A stretch of DNA of 64,000 nt from an uncultured Clostridiaceae bacterium (GCA_930990125.1 CAKNOI010000006.1:479-64478), one strand, 5' to 3'; shown: positions 9,355 through 20,939, counted from the stretch's first letter. The notes: generated by a model from the letters alone, not told the origin. Program-made: numbers and translations.

Positions 9355-10341
9355 TTATTCACTTCTTTTTTCTCGTGTCATTAAAATTTTTACTGCTTCT
9401 TTTGGCTCTAAGTGATGATATAATACATCATATACAGTATGTACAATTGGCATATCTACTTGATACCTGTTTGAAAGTTCGTAAGCTACTTCTATGTTAT
9501 CAATACTTTCTATGGTCATTCCTACTTGCTTTTTGGTTTCTTCTATAGTAAGTCCACTACCAATTAACATTCCTGCTTTACGATTTCTACTATGTTCACT
9601 TAAACAAGTAACAATTAAATCTCCTAAGCCAGTTAAGCCATAAAAAGTAGATTGTTTACCACCCATTTTTACACCTAACTTAGAAATTTCTACCAACCCT
9701 CTTGTCATTAATGCTGCAAAGGAATTATCTCCTAAATTTAATTCTTTTGCAATTCCGGCACAAAAAGCAATAATGTTTTTTAACGCTCCACCAAGTTCTA
9801 CTCCTTTTATATCATCTGAAGTATATACACGCATGGTTTCTGACATAAAAGTATCTTGAATATTTTTGCAAAGTGCTTCATCTGTTGATGCTACTACCAT
9901 TGCTGTTGGTATTCCTAAAGAAACTTCTTCTGCATGACTTGGACCGGATAAAACACCAGTAGAAATATTAGATGGTAATTCTTGTTGTAATACTTCATCT
10001 AAGGTTAATAATGTTTCTTTTTCAAAGCCTTTTGAACATACTATTACTTGTTGATTTGTAATATAGCTTTTATATTGCTTTGCAATTTCTCTTGTAAATT
10101 TGGATGGCGTTACATGTAGCAAAATGCTACTTCCTTGTATTGCTTCTTCCATATTGGTAGTACAAAATATGTTTTCTGGAATATGCGCCAATGGTAAAAA
10201 TTTGCATTTTCTTTCATTATTTATTAGGTCTGCTTCTTCTTTGGCAAAAGACCATATTTTTACGTTATTTCCTAATTTTGCTAAATGAATTGCTAGGGCT
10301 GTTCCCCAGCTTCCACTTCCTATAACACTAATTGTTTTCAT
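9355..10341 (-). CDS. gpsA: NAD(P)H-dependent glycerol-3-phosphate dehydrogenase
   Basis: MKTISVIGSGSWGTALA... Rossmann N-terminus and GpsA-family length. Conserved der-plsY-gpsA neighbourhood. Confidence 0.9.
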   Translation of the reverse strand: MKTISVIGSGSWGTALAIHLAKLGNNVKIWSFAKEEADLINNERKCKFLPLAHIPENIFCTTNMEEAIQGSSILLHVTPSKFTREIAKQYKSYITNQQVIVCSKGFEKETLLTLDEVLQQELPSNISTGVLSGPSHAEEVSLGIPTAMVVASTDEALCKNIQDTFMSETMRVYTSDDIKGVELGGALKNIIAFCAGIAKELNLGDNSFAALMTRGLVEISKLGVKMGGKQSTFYGLTGLGDLIVTCLSEHSRNRKAGMLIGSGLTIEETKKQVGMTIESIDNIEVAYELSNRYQVDMPIVHTVYDVLYHHLEPKEAVKILMTREKRSE

Positions 10342-10359
10342 GTTTCTTCTTCCTTTTGT

Positions 10360-10983
10360 TTATTTTTTAAAACTAATTTTATTTTCGGTTCCTGTTAAAA
10401 TTCTCTTGATATTGCTTCTATGATTAAATAGTACAATAACGGCAACAATAATACTAAATATTAAATAACTTCCTGGCACTAAGTAATGTTCTGTTATAAA
10501 TAATGTAAGAACTGGGTATAAAATAGCAGCTGCGACAGAACCTAAAGAAACCATTCTGGTAAGTGTCATTAACACTAAAGCAAATACAAGGCAAATAAGT
10601 CCAATTTGCCAGTTAATCATAAGTAAAATTCCTAAAGAAGTGGCAATTCCTTTTCCTCCTTTAAATTTAAAGAAAACTGGAAAAGTATGACCAATAATAA
10701 CAAATATTCCTGCGATTTGTACTAATAATGCTTTATCTACATTAGGAATAATACTACCTAATAACATGGCAATACCAATTGCTACTACACCTTTTAAAAT
10801 ATCACAAATAAGAGTAATAGCAGCAGCCCCTTTTCCTACTGAACGGAGCATATTGGTTGTACCTGCGTTTCCACTTCCTTTTTCTCTTACATCAAATCCT
10901 GCTACACGTTTACTAATAATAACAGAAAAATTAACACTTCCTATTAAATAAGCTATAATTCCAATACAAATATATGCTAACAT
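10360..10983 (-). CDS. plsY: Glycerol-3-phosphate acyltransferase PlsY
   Basis: 207 aa polytopic protein, ...SGNAGTTN... PlsY motif. Confidence 0.9.
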   Translation of the reverse strand: MLAYICIGIIAYLIGSVNFSVIISKRVAGFDVREKGSGNAGTTNMLRSVGKGAAAITLICDILKGVVAIGIAMLLGSIIPNVDKALLVQIAGIFVIIGHTFPVFFKFKGGKGIATSLGILLMINWQIGLICLVFALVLMTLTRMVSLGSVAAAILYPVLTLFITEHYLVPGSYLIFSIIVAVIVLFNHRSNIKRILTGTENKISFKK

Positions 10984-10998
10984 ATTGTTTCCTCCTTT

Positions 10999-12324
10999 TT
11001 ATTCTTTTTCTATTTTCTCTCTTACTATAATTCTTACTGGCGTTCCCGTTAAGCCAAATTCTTTACGAATTTGATTTACTAAATATCTTTCATATGAAAA
11101 ATGGAATAATGATGCATCGTTTACAAAAATTACAAATGTTGGTGGTTTGGTAGATGCCTGTGTACCATATAAAATTTTTAAACGTTTTCCTTTATCTGTT
11201 GGTGGCTGTACCAAAGCAATAGCTTCATTAATAACATCATTTAATACCGATGTTGCCACTCTAAGGCTGTTTTGTCTATTTACTTCATTTATCATTTCAA
11301 ATAATTTATGCACTCTTTGTCCTGTTTTAGCAGAAATAAATAAAATAGGTGCATAAGACAAATATGATAGTTTTTCATACACTTGTTTTTGATATTTTTC
11401 TAAGCTACCAGTTTCTTTTGGGTATTCGTCCCATTTGTTTACTACAATAATAATTCCTTTTCCTGCTTCGTGTGCTTCTCCTGCAATTTTGGTATCTTGC
11501 TCGGTAACACCTTCTAAGGCATCTATCATAAGTAAACATACATCTGCTCTTTCAATAGCTAATTGTGTTCTCATTACACTATATCGTTCCAAATTTTCTG
11601 TTACTTTACTTTTACGTCTAACACCTGCGGTATCAATAAAAACATATTTTCCAAACTCATTTTCAAATTCAGAATCAATGGCATCTCTGGTTGTTCCAGC
11701 AATATTACTTACAATAACTCTATTTTCTCCCAAAATTTTATTAACCAAAGAAGATTTGCCAACATTTGGTTTTCCGATAATTGCTACCTTAATAGCATCT
11801 TCTATGTTTTCCTCTTCTCCTTTAGGAGGTAATTTTTCGTATACTGCATCTAATATATCTCCAATTCCCATGGCATTTACAGCAGATAATGGAAAAGGAT
11901 CTCCTAAACCTAAGTTATAGAATTCGTAAATTTCATCTGGCACTTTACCAAAAGTATCTACTTTATTACAAACAAGTACCACTGGTTTTCCTGATTTTTT
12001 TAAAAATAAAGCAATTTCTTTATCTGCTTCTACCACTCCTTGCTTAATATCTGTTACAAAAATAACAACATCCGCAAGTTGTATGGCAATATTTGCTTGT
12101 TCACGCATACCTGCTAAAATAACATCTTCCGATTTTGGTTCAAATCCACCCGTATCAATTAGTGTAAAATTTCTACCACGCCAGTTTGTTTCGGCATATA
12201 CTCTATCTCTAGTTACTCCTGGTACATCTTCTACAATGGAAATTCTTTTTCCAGCTAAATAATTAAAAAAAGTGGACTTTCCTACATTAGGTCTTCCTAT
12301 AATTGCTACAATTGGCTTCGCCAT
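10999..12324 (-). CDS. der: Ribosome-biogenesis GTPase Der/EngA (tandem GTPase domains plus KH)
   Basis: Two G-domains (GRPNVGKST / GKPNVGKSS). 441 aa. Confidence 0.92.
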   Translation of the reverse strand: MAKPIVAIIGRPNVGKSTFFNYLAGKRISIVEDVPGVTRDRVYAETNWRGRNFTLIDTGGFEPKSEDVILAGMREQANIAIQLADVVIFVTDIKQGVVEADKEIALFLKKSGKPVVLVCNKVDTFGKVPDEIYEFYNLGLGDPFPLSAVNAMGIGDILDAVYEKLPPKGEEENIEDAIKVAIIGKPNVGKSSLVNKILGENRVIVSNIAGTTRDAIDSEFENEFGKYVFIDTAGVRRKSKVTENLERYSVMRTQLAIERADVCLLMIDALEGVTEQDTKIAGEAHEAGKGIIIVVNKWDEYPKETGSLEKYQKQVYEKLSYLSYAPILFISAKTGQRVHKLFEMINEVNRQNSLRVATSVLNDVINEAIALVQPPTDKGKRLKILYGTQASTKPPTFVIFVNDASLFHFSYERYLVNQIRKEFGLTGTPVRIIVREKIEKE

Positions 12325-12388
12325 TTTTTCTCACCTCACTACTTGTAATATTGTATACTATCTCTTCTAAAATAGCAATATAAAATTC

Positions 12389-14135
12389 TTAATTTTGGTT
12401 ACTGTTTCTCTTTTGTAGGCTTTTTACGTACCATATGTAATACCCTACTGTTACTAAAAGACCTATTCCGGTTAGAATATATGAAGCAACCATAATATTG
12501 GTTCCTGTAAAGGTTACTTGTACCTTTGCATTTTCTAAATCTTTTAAAATCTCTACTCCTAGCATTCCATGCTCTGTTTCGTAAAGGTTTGGATAATATA
12601 TTCCCTCTTCTGTTTCTATTTGTACAGTGTAACCTGGATAAAAGAGATACGGCAATTCTAATAACGTTCCTTGTCTTGCACTACATAAAAAGCTTAAATT
12701 TGTATTTTCTTTTTGCTCCTCTTGTATCAATCCTTCTCCAGAAAGAATATGCACTTTTTGATCTCTTGTTTCTAAATAACTTCTATTTTGAAACGCTTTG
12801 CTAGGCATATATTCCATACTCGCCATACCAGCATGCACTCTTCCTGTAGAAGCGGTTAATGGTACTGCTGGTATATAGTTTGCGATATCCCACTCTTCGT
12901 ATTGCAATCTTGGGAGAATCACAATTCCTGTTAGCACGGTTTGAGACAGTAACAATACCAAAATATCTTTCCATCCAAAGTCTTTAATGAGTAGGTAAAA
13001 ATCCATACCTGCAATCACACTAAAGAAAAAGGTAGCAATTTCTAACATTCTCCATGGGAATTGTAACATTTTAAAAACAGCAGGTAATTTTTCAAATGGA
13101 AATATCTTTAATGTAACCAAACAAGATAATATACCTGCTATGGTAAAAAATAAATACGTTCTTTTTTGTTCTTTCGTGATAAGTTTTTTACTCCATACCA
13201 AAGGAGTAAGTAACATTCCTATTAAAGGTACAAAGCCTATTTCAAATACTAATGTTTCTGCTTTTGGTGTATAAAACAAACGATAAAAGGAAAGCTTGTT
13301 TTCTACCAATACCTCTCCTCTCTCCATTCTACCAGGAACAAAAACTTCATATAAAGTAGCATTTTTGTACTCTAGCAACGGTAGTAAAAATAAACTGCTA
13401 CAAAGAAGAATAAAAATAGCTAACAGTAATATTGTTTTCCAATTTTTATTTTTCCATAACACTTTATAATGTACCAACACATATACCAAGCAAAAAAGTG
13501 CCACCATAAAGCAAGATAACATATGGGTAAGGATTAATCCGAACTGCTCCTATTACCAGAAAAAAAGACTTTTGTTTTTCACCATAACATAAATGGTACA
13601 ATCCTAAAAATACAAGAGGAATAAACACAAATGCTGTAAACTCTGCTACTGCTACTCTTAGGTATAAGTCAGTAAGATGGTATGGTGCTAGCATATAAAG
13701 CCCTGCTACTATAATTCCTGCTTTTTCGCTTTTGGTAAAGGTTTTGGCAAACCAAAACATGGTAATACCAGAAGCAAGTGTTGCCCAAAATAAAAATAAT
13801 TTAAGCATAATAACATAGTCTGTTGTAAAAAGGCGAAAAATTAATGGAACAATAGCTGTAAAAGGGCTATAAAACGTGTTCCAATTATAGCCAAATCCAT
13901 TACAAAAAGCAGACATGATGACAGGAAACACTTGTCCTTCTTCTATAGAACTAAGTGTTCCAATCAAACGGCAAATATGCTGTATGCCATCATCTCTTGT
14001 TATATTTAAATCTTGTCTGATAAAAGGAATACAAATAATAAGTGCTAGTACTATAAGAAAAATATAGGGTATTCCCTTTTTTATTATTTCTTTTCTTTTC
14101 ATTGTCTTTTTCCTATTCTCTTTTTCATTATTCAT
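12389..14135 (-). CDS. Polytopic GT-C-fold-like membrane protein, paralog A (about 600 aa). Continuous only with a +1 skip at the in-frame CGG (forward 13539-13541).
   Basis: ORF-track pieces 13464..14135 (N-terminal half) and 12389..13522 (C-terminal half) are homologous along their length to the intact 585 aa paralog next door. Junction ...SFFLVIGA V [C]GG LILTH matches the paralog's ...YISIGAIGLVLTH. One extra nucleotide, not in a homopolymer. Confidence 0.7.
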
Positions 14136-15885
14136 CTACAATAATATTGTTACTCTTCTTCTCTTTTTCAGCCAATTTAGTATGTATTATCCATATGATA
14201 AATCCTAATAAAGATATAGCAGATATTCCATAAGCTACTTTGGTAAGAAGCGTTCCTTCAAAAGTTACCTGGATACTTCCTTTTGTCATTTCTTTTGGTA
14301 ATTCTATTTGAATAAAACCATGTTCCGATTCTGTATATGGAATTATTTCTGTTTTTCCTGTATCTCCTCTATATTCTATACGATAACCTAAATAATATAA
14401 ATAAGGAAGTTCTAAAAAGGTTATTTTTGGGTCTTTTTCAAAGGTTAAGGTATAGGTTAGATTTTCCTTTTTTTCTTCTATTTTCTTTACATTTCCTTGT
14501 AGTACAATAGAAATCTCGTTTGGTCTTTCATCAATATATTTACAACCATCTTGGTATGTTTTTACTGGCAAATATTCTCTATTAATATTATGTACATTCG
14601 TTGTTTCATTTTGAAGTATGCTATCAACTAAACTATTATCTGCTTCTAAGTTTTCACTTCTATAAGAATTTGCCATTGGTAAAACAGCAAGTGTCATCAT
14701 TGCTAAAATAAGATAACTAAAAATGGTAATAGTTTTGGCGTCTTTATGAAAAATATAGCTAATGAATACTTGTATATTGATTGCTCCTACTACTCCTAAG
14801 AAAAAGCTAGCGAACCCCAACATTCTCCATGGGTATTGGATATTCGCAAATAGGTTTGGTAGTATTCTCCAGAAGAAAAACTTAGTACACATCAGCACAC
14901 TAATAGTTCCAAAAAGAATAAACACTAAAACCGTTTTTTTATCCTTTTCTTCCATTTTAGAATACGTAAAGAAGATAAGTAAATTAGAGATAAGAAGCGG
15001 TATTCCTATGGTTAAATTTAGTTCTTCTTCTTCCGGTGTTATGAACAATCGACTAGGTTCTATTGCATGTTGATATACCCAGTCCACATTAGTTAGCATA
15101 TATTTGGTATCAAAGATAACATAATCGCATGCCAGCATATTTTCTACTATAGGAATAGTAAAAAAGGCTGTAACAGCTAATATAATGCCTGCATTTCCAA
15201 AACATTTTAACAAAACTTGTTTCTCTTTTGATTTTGGAAGATAAAACAATAGGTATATCACAGAAAAAATAGCAGTATAAAACAAAGTAATACTGTGTGT
15301 TAATACCAAACCTATTGCCCCAATAGAAATATAATAATGCTTTTTGCCATCTTCTTCTAATAAGTTATAAAGTCCTAAAAATACTAGCGGAATGAACATA
15401 AAAGCAACAAATTCTCCAATAGCAAAACGGGTATAAATATCGGTTAAATGATAAGGTGCTGTTATATATAAAACAGCTGAAATTAAGGCTGTTAGTCTAT
15501 TTTTTGTCACTTTTTGTGTAAATGCATACATAGCAATTCCAGACAAAAATATAGTAATTAGCGTAAATAGCTTTAATCCCAATGTATAACTATTTACTAA
15601 CATTTTTATAAGTAGTGGTCCAAAAGTTACTAGTGGTGGATAAAAAAGATTGATAGCATAACCAAATCCCTCACAAAAAAGGGAAGAAATCATTGGTGGA
15701 AAATGAGAACCTTCTTGTATAATTTTATCTACCCCAATAACCCTTGCTAAGTGAAGATATCCATCATCCCCTGAAACAATATTAGTAGACAATAACGGCC
15801 AAAATAACAATAGACTAATTATTAAAATAACAATATAGTGTAATATTTTTGATTCTTGCATCCATGTAAGTACTTTTGTTTTCAT
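14128..15885 (-). CDS. Polytopic GT-C-fold-like membrane protein, paralog B (585 aa, intact)
   Basis: More than 10 TM helices, N-terminal loop with a GDDGYLHLARV acidic motif, and a C-terminal extracytoplasmic beta-rich domain. About 35-40% identical to paralog A. Family assignment (YfhO/PMT/ArnT-like) is tentative. Confidence 0.7.
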   Translation of the reverse strand: MKTKVLTWMQESKILHYIVILIISLLLFWPLLSTNIVSGDDGYLHLARVIGVDKIIQEGSHFPPMISSLFCEGFGYAINLFYPPLVTFGPLLIKMLVNSYTLGLKLFTLITIFLSGIAMYAFTQKVTKNRLTALISAVLYITAPYHLTDIYTRFAIGEFVAFMFIPLVFLGLYNLLEEDGKKHYYISIGAIGLVLTHSITLFYTAIFSVIYLLFYLPKSKEKQVLLKCFGNAGIILAVTAFFTIPIVENMLACDYVIFDTKYMLTNVDWVYQHAIEPSRLFITPEEEELNLTIGIPLLISNLLIFFTYSKMEEKDKKTVLVFILFGTISVLMCTKFFFWRILPNLFANIQYPWRMLGFASFFLGVVGAINIQVFISYIFHKDAKTITIFSYLILAMMTLAVLPMANSYRSENLEADNSLVDSILQNETTNVHNINREYLPVKTYQDGCKYIDERPNEISIVLQGNVKKIEEKKENLTYTLTFEKDPKITFLELPYLYYLGYRIEYRGDTGKTEIIPYTESEHGFIQIELPKEMTKGSIQVTFEGTLLTKVAYGISAISLLGFIIWIIHTKLAEKEKKSNNIIVDE

Positions 15886-15909
15886 GTTTTACTCCTATCT
15901 TTTGTAAAA

Positions 15910-16405
15910 TTAATAGGTTATTTTTCCTTGTAATAAATCGTCTTGTTTTACCCATTCTGACACAGGAATAACAAGATATTCCTTTTCTGTTTTTCGTACA
16001 ATAACCTGCTCGATTCCTGCATTAATAATCATTTTTCGACACATTTGGCAACAACCTGGATTTTCTTCGTATTCTCCGGTATCTGTTCTGTATTGTACAA
16101 GATATAAAGTGGCCTCTAACATTTCCCTTCTAGAGCCACTAATAAGTGCGTTTTGCTCTGCATGTACGGAACGGCAAGCATCGTATCCTGCATGCCTTAC
16201 ATTTGGAAAAAACTTCTTTTTGGAGCAAAAACCTAAATCCACGCAATTTTCTCTTCCACGTGGTGCACCACTATAGCCGTGTAGCAATAATTTCATCATT
16301 ATTTACAATAACAGCCCCACTCTTTTTTCTTAAGCATGTACTTCTGGAAGCTACTACTTTTGCAATATCTAAATAATAATTAATTTTATCAATTCTTTTT
16401 TCCAT
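15910..16405 (-). CDS. dCMP/cytidine deaminase-family protein (ComEB-like). Requires a +1 skip at the in-frame CGG (forward 16277-16279).
   Basis: N-terminal frame [42 protein letters not shown] [C]GG then C-terminal frame [11 protein letters not shown]...HAEQNAL...PCCQMC (zinc-binding HAE / PCxxC). RBS AGGAG. Junction restores Gly (GGC). Confidence 0.75.
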
Positions 16406-16505
16406 TTTGCATCTCCTATTTTTTTAAAATTATATCAATTCTTGTTCCAAAAAGCAACAAAAAAACAGCAACAAATTTGCTGTTTCTTACGCTATATCAA
16501 ATTTT

Positions 16506-16691
16506 TTAGTTTTCTTCTTTTTTTGCAATAACTTCCTTACCATTATAGTATCCACAATTTGGGCATACTCTATGTTGCATCACTGGTTCGTGACAATGTG
16601 AACAAGTAGCAAAGTTTTGGTTTTCTAATTTCCATGTAGATCTTTTTGCTCCAGTTCTTGCTTTTGACCATCTTCTTTTTGGTTGTGCCAT
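16506..16691 (-). CDS. rpmF: 50S ribosomal protein L32
   Basis: MAQPKRRWSKARTGAKRSTW... with a C4 zinc ribbon. Consensus promoter TTGACA-17-TATAAT immediately upstream. Confidence 0.92.
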   Translation of the reverse strand: MAQPKRRWSKARTGAKRSTWKLENQNFATCSHCHEPVMQHRVCPNCGYYNGKEVIAKKEEN

Positions 16692-16761
16692 TTTTGTTCC
16701 CCCCTCTTGTATTTATTTCTCTATAGAATGTATTATTTCTAACAATTTCTGATACTATAGA

Positions 16762-16790
16762 ATTATACTAATATTTTCCTCGTTTGTCAA
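16762..16790 (-). promoter_or_regulatory. Consensus sigma-A promoter for rpmF
   Basis: Minus strand TTGACAaacgaggaaaatattagTATAAT. Confidence 0.6.
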
Positions 16791-16872
16791 GTGAAACCTT
16801 TTCTTTTTTCAAATTGTTCGAAACTTTTTTGTTTTTTCGCATATACTAAAGAATAAGAAAAAGGAGGATTTT

Positions 16873-18724
16873 ATGTGTGGATTTGTTGGATACGTTGATT
16901 TACATAGAGATATAGTAAAAGAAAAAGAAACGATATTACAAATGAATAATACACTAAAAAAAAGAGGACCAGATGAAGAAGGCTATTATGCAAATAGTCA
17001 TATTCAATTAGGACATAGACGTTTAATTATTACCGATGCTAAAGGGCGGAAAGCAACCTATGGTGTTTCAGTATGAAAATCAGGAATATGCTATTTGTTA
17101 TAACGGGCAATTATACAACACAGAGGACTTACGTAAAGAATTATTAGAAATTGGCTATACGTTTGAAGGATATTCGGATACAGAAGTTGTACTAAAAGGA
17201 TTTGTAGAATTTGGATATGAGCTACCCAAAAAATTAAATGGTGTTTATTCATTTGCTATTTGGAATCAGAAAAAACAAGAGTTATATTTCGCAAGAGACC
17301 CTTTTGGTATTAAACCATTATTTTATTCTATTGTAGATGGCACTATTCTGTTTGCTTCCGAAATAAAAGCTATTTTAAAACATCCTTCTGTAGAAACAGT
17401 TGTAGATAAACAAGGAATTAGTGAGTTAATAGGCTTAGCTCCTTGCCATACTCCAGGTTTAACGGTATTTAAAAATATTTATGAAATAAAGCCAGGCTAC
17501 TACGCCGTATACAAATCTTCTGGATTTTACGAAATACAGTATTGGAATTTGATTAGTAAGCGATATACGGACTCTTTTTCCGAAACTTGTGAAAAAATTC
17601 GCTTTTTACTGCAAGACGCCATCGAAAGACAACTTGTTTCTGATGTTCCACTTTGTACCTTTTTATCTGGTGGGTTAGATTCTAGCATTATTACTACTTA
17701 TGTAAGCCGTTATTATCAAAAGAAAAACTTACCGACTCTGCATACCTATTCAGTTGATTATATTGATAATGATAAAAATTTTGTAAAAAGTGATTTTCAG
17801 CCAAATTCGGATAAAGACTATATTACCTTAATGGCAGAAAAACTGCAAACCAAGCATCATACAATTTTGATTGACACTCCTGAACTTGCCGAAAGCTTAG
17901 AAGAAGCCATGATTGCAAGAGATATGCCTGGTATGGCAGATGTCGACTCTTCACTTTTGCTGTTTTGCAAAAAGGTAAAAGAAAGTGGCATGACTGTAGC
18001 AATATCTGGTGAATGTGCTGATGAAATTTTTGCAGGGTATCCTTGGTTTTTTAGAGAAGATGCACTGCGTAGCAACACTTTTCCATGGTCCATTGCACTT
18101 ACAGAAAGACAGCAATTATTAAATCCTGCACTTGCAGAAAAAATTAATTTAAAAGAATATATTGGTTATCGTTACCGTGAAAGTTTAGCACAAGTTCCAA
18201 CATTAGATTACGATAGTAAAGAAACAGCAGAAAAACGAAAAATTACGTACTTGACACAAACTTGGTTTATGCAAACATTACTAGAACGTTCCGATAGAAT
18301 GGCACTTGCCAATGGATTAGATATTCGTGTACCATTTTGTGATTACCGTATTGTAGAATATTTATGGAACATTCCTTGGGAAGTAAAATCTTTAAACAGC
18401 AGAGAAAAAGGATTATTGCGTTATGTTGTAAAAGATATATTACCAGAAGAAATTGTATCAAGAAAGAAAAGCCCTTACCCTAAAACACATAATCCAAACT
18501 ATTTAGCAAAGGTAAAAGAAATGTTATCTACTATTCTACAAAACCCTAATGCGCCGATTCATCAATTATTAAACGATAACTACATGAAAGAAATTTTAGA
18601 AACTGACGGAAAAGCCTTTAGTAGACCGTGGTTTGGACAGTTAATGACCGGCCCGCAGCTTATGGCTTATTTGTGCCAGGTTAATATGTGGCTTGAGAGA
18701 TATGAGCCTAGGATTGAATTATAA
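16873..18724 (+). CDS. asnB: Asparagine synthase (glutamine-hydrolysing). Requires a +1 skip at the in-frame CGG at 17047-17049.
   Basis: MCGFVGYVDL...GHRRLIITDAKG [C]GG KQPMVFQYENQEYAICYNGQLYN... The N-terminal Ntn glutaminase domain and C-terminal synthetase domain (SGGLDSS) are in two frames joined by removing one C. The junction aligns with AsnB LSIVDVNAGAQPL. Confidence 0.85.
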
Positions 18725-18795
18725 AGTTTATGAGAGGTATTAAACATCAAATGCATACGGTAAATACCTTCTACCTCCATAATTTTCTTTTTTCA

Positions 18796-18830
18796 AACTT
18801 GAGGTTCCCAATTGGAACCTCAAGTTTTCA
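18796..18830 (+). terminator. Intrinsic terminator after asnB
   Basis: CTTGAGGTTCCcaattGGAACCTCAAG followed by TTTT. Confidence 0.7.
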
Positions 18831-18933
18831 AGTTCATCTTTTGTCAAGTGTTTTTTCAATTATCTATTTTTTCTGACATTTATTTTTATAATTTGTAACA
18901 TTGCACTATCCTCACCAATCTGGAACAATTATT

Positions 18934-19761
18934 TTATTTTGCTTTTCTCCCCACTACTACAAATCTTCCATCTTTTGTATGATACGAACAAGTGGATAAT
19001 GTGATTAGTTGTTCTTTGTAACTCGCAGTTTTTTGAATTGGATAGAGTGATGCTTTTTTTATATTATCGATAAAATGGTTATATTCTTCTTCGTTTTTTG
19101 CATCTATAAAATAATAATAGCGAAATACGTTTTTTTCGTGTTTATAGTATACTTTTGATAAAAAGACAGAAATAATATCATATTCCGCATCTTCTTTTTC
19201 TGTTGTGAAGCGGATTGTAGGATGTTCTTTGTAATAGGATTCCTTTTCATACTTTAATAATTCTTGAAACATGGTACCATTATTTAAATTATGACCATGA
19301 ATCATGTAATTACAGCTAGGTATTTCCCAGTTATAGTCTTTGCTTAAAAAAATAGAACCTTTGGAGGACCATTCCTTTTTATAATTATGTGTTAAATAAT
19401 AGGTATCGTCTTCTCCTTGTAGTACGGGGTAATTAATATCTGTTCCTTCTATTTCTAACCACCCCACAATATCGTCATTTTCTTTTTTTAAACTTGTCAC
19501 TTGCAACATTCTTTCTGTTGGAATAGGTACTTCTTCTTCCGGTAATATAGCTTCTTTTTCCAAGCTTATTTCTTCTGTTATACCGTTTTGGATTGTGTTT
19601 TCTAGTTCTTCTTTGGAAATAGAGGTACTATCTAATAACTCTCTTTCTTCCATATCTTCTATTTGCACTAACATAAACCTAGTACAATACGTAAGGGCTA
19701 GAATAAGAACCACCATAAAGATTATAAATGCCCATCGCATACCATTTTTTTGTTGCTTCAT
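18934..19761 (-). CDS. srtB: Class B sortase
   Basis: N-terminal TM anchor, catalytic HGHN... and TLSTC (TLxTC) motif, 275 aa. Confidence 0.8.
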   Translation of the reverse strand: MKQQKNGMRWAFIIFMVVLILALTYCTRFMLVQIEDMEERELLDSTSISKEELENTIQNGITEEISLEKEAILPEEEVPIPTERMLQVTSLKKENDDIVGWLEIEGTDINYPVLQGEDDTYYLTHNYKKEWSSKGSIFLSKDYNWEIPSCNYMIHGHNLNNGTMFQELLKYEKESYYKEHPTIRFTTEKEDAEYDIISVFLSKVYYKHEKNVFRYYYFIDAKNEEEYNHFIDNIKKASLYPIQKTASYKEQLITLSTCSYHTKDGRFVVVGRKAK

Positions 19762-19796
19762 TTTTTACCATAGAGTAGAAAAGAATAGACTTTCGT

Positions 19797-20939
19797 CTAT
19801 CCTCTTCTATTTTTCTTGAAAGTATAATACATACCCATACTAGAAACTACAACAGCCAGTATAGCCACTTCTAAATAGTTTTGAGCACCTGTTTTTGGCA
19901 CGTCATCTTTTTCTGGTTCTTGTACTGGTGGTTCTGGTTCTGGCTCAGGCTCTGGTTCTGGTTCCGGTGCTGGTACTTCTGAAATTTTAGCATATATTGT
20001 TGTATTACTATCTAATACGGTACTAAAATCAAAGGCATTCGTATAATCAGCATCTGTGAAGAAACCATCTAACTGATAGTTTTCTGGTACGGTAACATGA
20101 GCCTTTAGTATTTCTTCTGTAATAGCTTTTCCTGCTTCTACTACTATTTTATTGGTTTGTTCTCCTGCTATTAATGTTACTACTACTGTTTTCGTATCTA
20201 CATTTGGAGTAGCATTTTCTGGTATAGGACTTTCTGCTATAACATTATTGTTTTCATCGGTAAGAACAACAGAATTTTCTGCTAATACTATTTTGTTGGT
20301 AGTATTTTCTGTATTGGTAATTGCAAAATCTGTTAAATGTCCATTTGATGCTACACGAATTACGTTTTTAGTTACATCTGATGTTAATACACCATCCATT
20401 ACAACGCTTGGGTTATTGGTAGCTGCTGCTCCTTTATCGATTTCTATACCGTTATTTGCTCCTGTTCCGTTGGTACCTAGATGTAAATCTTTTATTTGTA
20501 ATTTACCACCATTGACAAGAACACCTCCATAACGGAAACCGGTAATAGATACATTGTCTAAAATAACAGTAGCTCCATCATAGGATTGTACACCATATTT
20601 GGGACCATTATTTAAGTCGATATCTTTTAATGTTAATTTAGCATCTCCCAGCTGTGCAGTAAACATGGTTTGGTTACCAGAAGTAGAGGTCCATTCTGTA
20701 GATCCTACAATGGTATATCCATTACCATCTATTGTTAATTCTTTTGCAATAACAATAGGTTGTGTTACTGTAATATTATTTTGTACGCTAATTGTTGCCC
20801 CAGAATCGGCACTAGCAATAGCACTTAGTAAAGACTCCTCGTCTGTTACAGGGGTAGCTGCATTACTAAAAACGGGAATTCCCACTAAAATTGCAAATAC
20901 AATTAAAAAAAGCATTGTTAAATTTTTTGTGCTTTTCAT
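19797..20939 (-). CDS. Cell-wall-anchored surface protein (signal peptide, beta-helix-like domain, PE-repeat linker, VPKTG sorting signal)
   Basis: Signal peptide MKSTKNLTMLFLIVFAILVGIPVFSNA. (PE)x7 linker. C-terminal DVPKTG plus a hydrophobic stretch plus KKNRRG tail. Adjacent to srtB. Confidence 0.75.
   Translation of the reverse strand: MKSTKNLTMLFLIVFAILVGIPVFSNAATPVTDEESLLSAIASADSGATISVQNNITVTQPIVIAKELTIDGNGYTIVGSTEWTSTSGNQTMFTAQLGDAKLTLKDIDLNNGPKYGVQSYDGATVILDNVSITGFRYGGVLVNGGKLQIKDLHLGTNGTGANNGIEIDKGAAATNNPSVVMDGVLTSDVTKNVIRVASNGHLTDFAITNTENTTNKIVLAENSVVLTDENNNVIAESPIPENATPNVDTKTVVVTLIAGEQTNKIVVEAGKAITEEILKAHVTVPENYQLDGFFTDADYTNAFDFSTVLDSNTTIYAKISEVPAPEPEPEPEPEPEPPVQEPEKDDVPKTGAQNYLEVAILAVVVSSMGMYYTFKKNRRG

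Noticed and set aside
13558-13567. An A8 homopolymer next to the break in GT-C paralog A, first suspected as the frameshift site (a typical sequencing-error locus)
   Set aside because: Aligning both frames to the intact paralog places the extra nucleotide 15 nt away at GTT-C-GGA (13539-13541), not in the homopolymer.
19900-19990. A short tandem repeat (GAACCA/CCAGAA units) that resembles a repeat array
   Set aside because: It is the in-frame (PE)n proline-glutamate linker of the sortase substrate. It has no spacer structure and no cas genes, so it is not a CRISPR.
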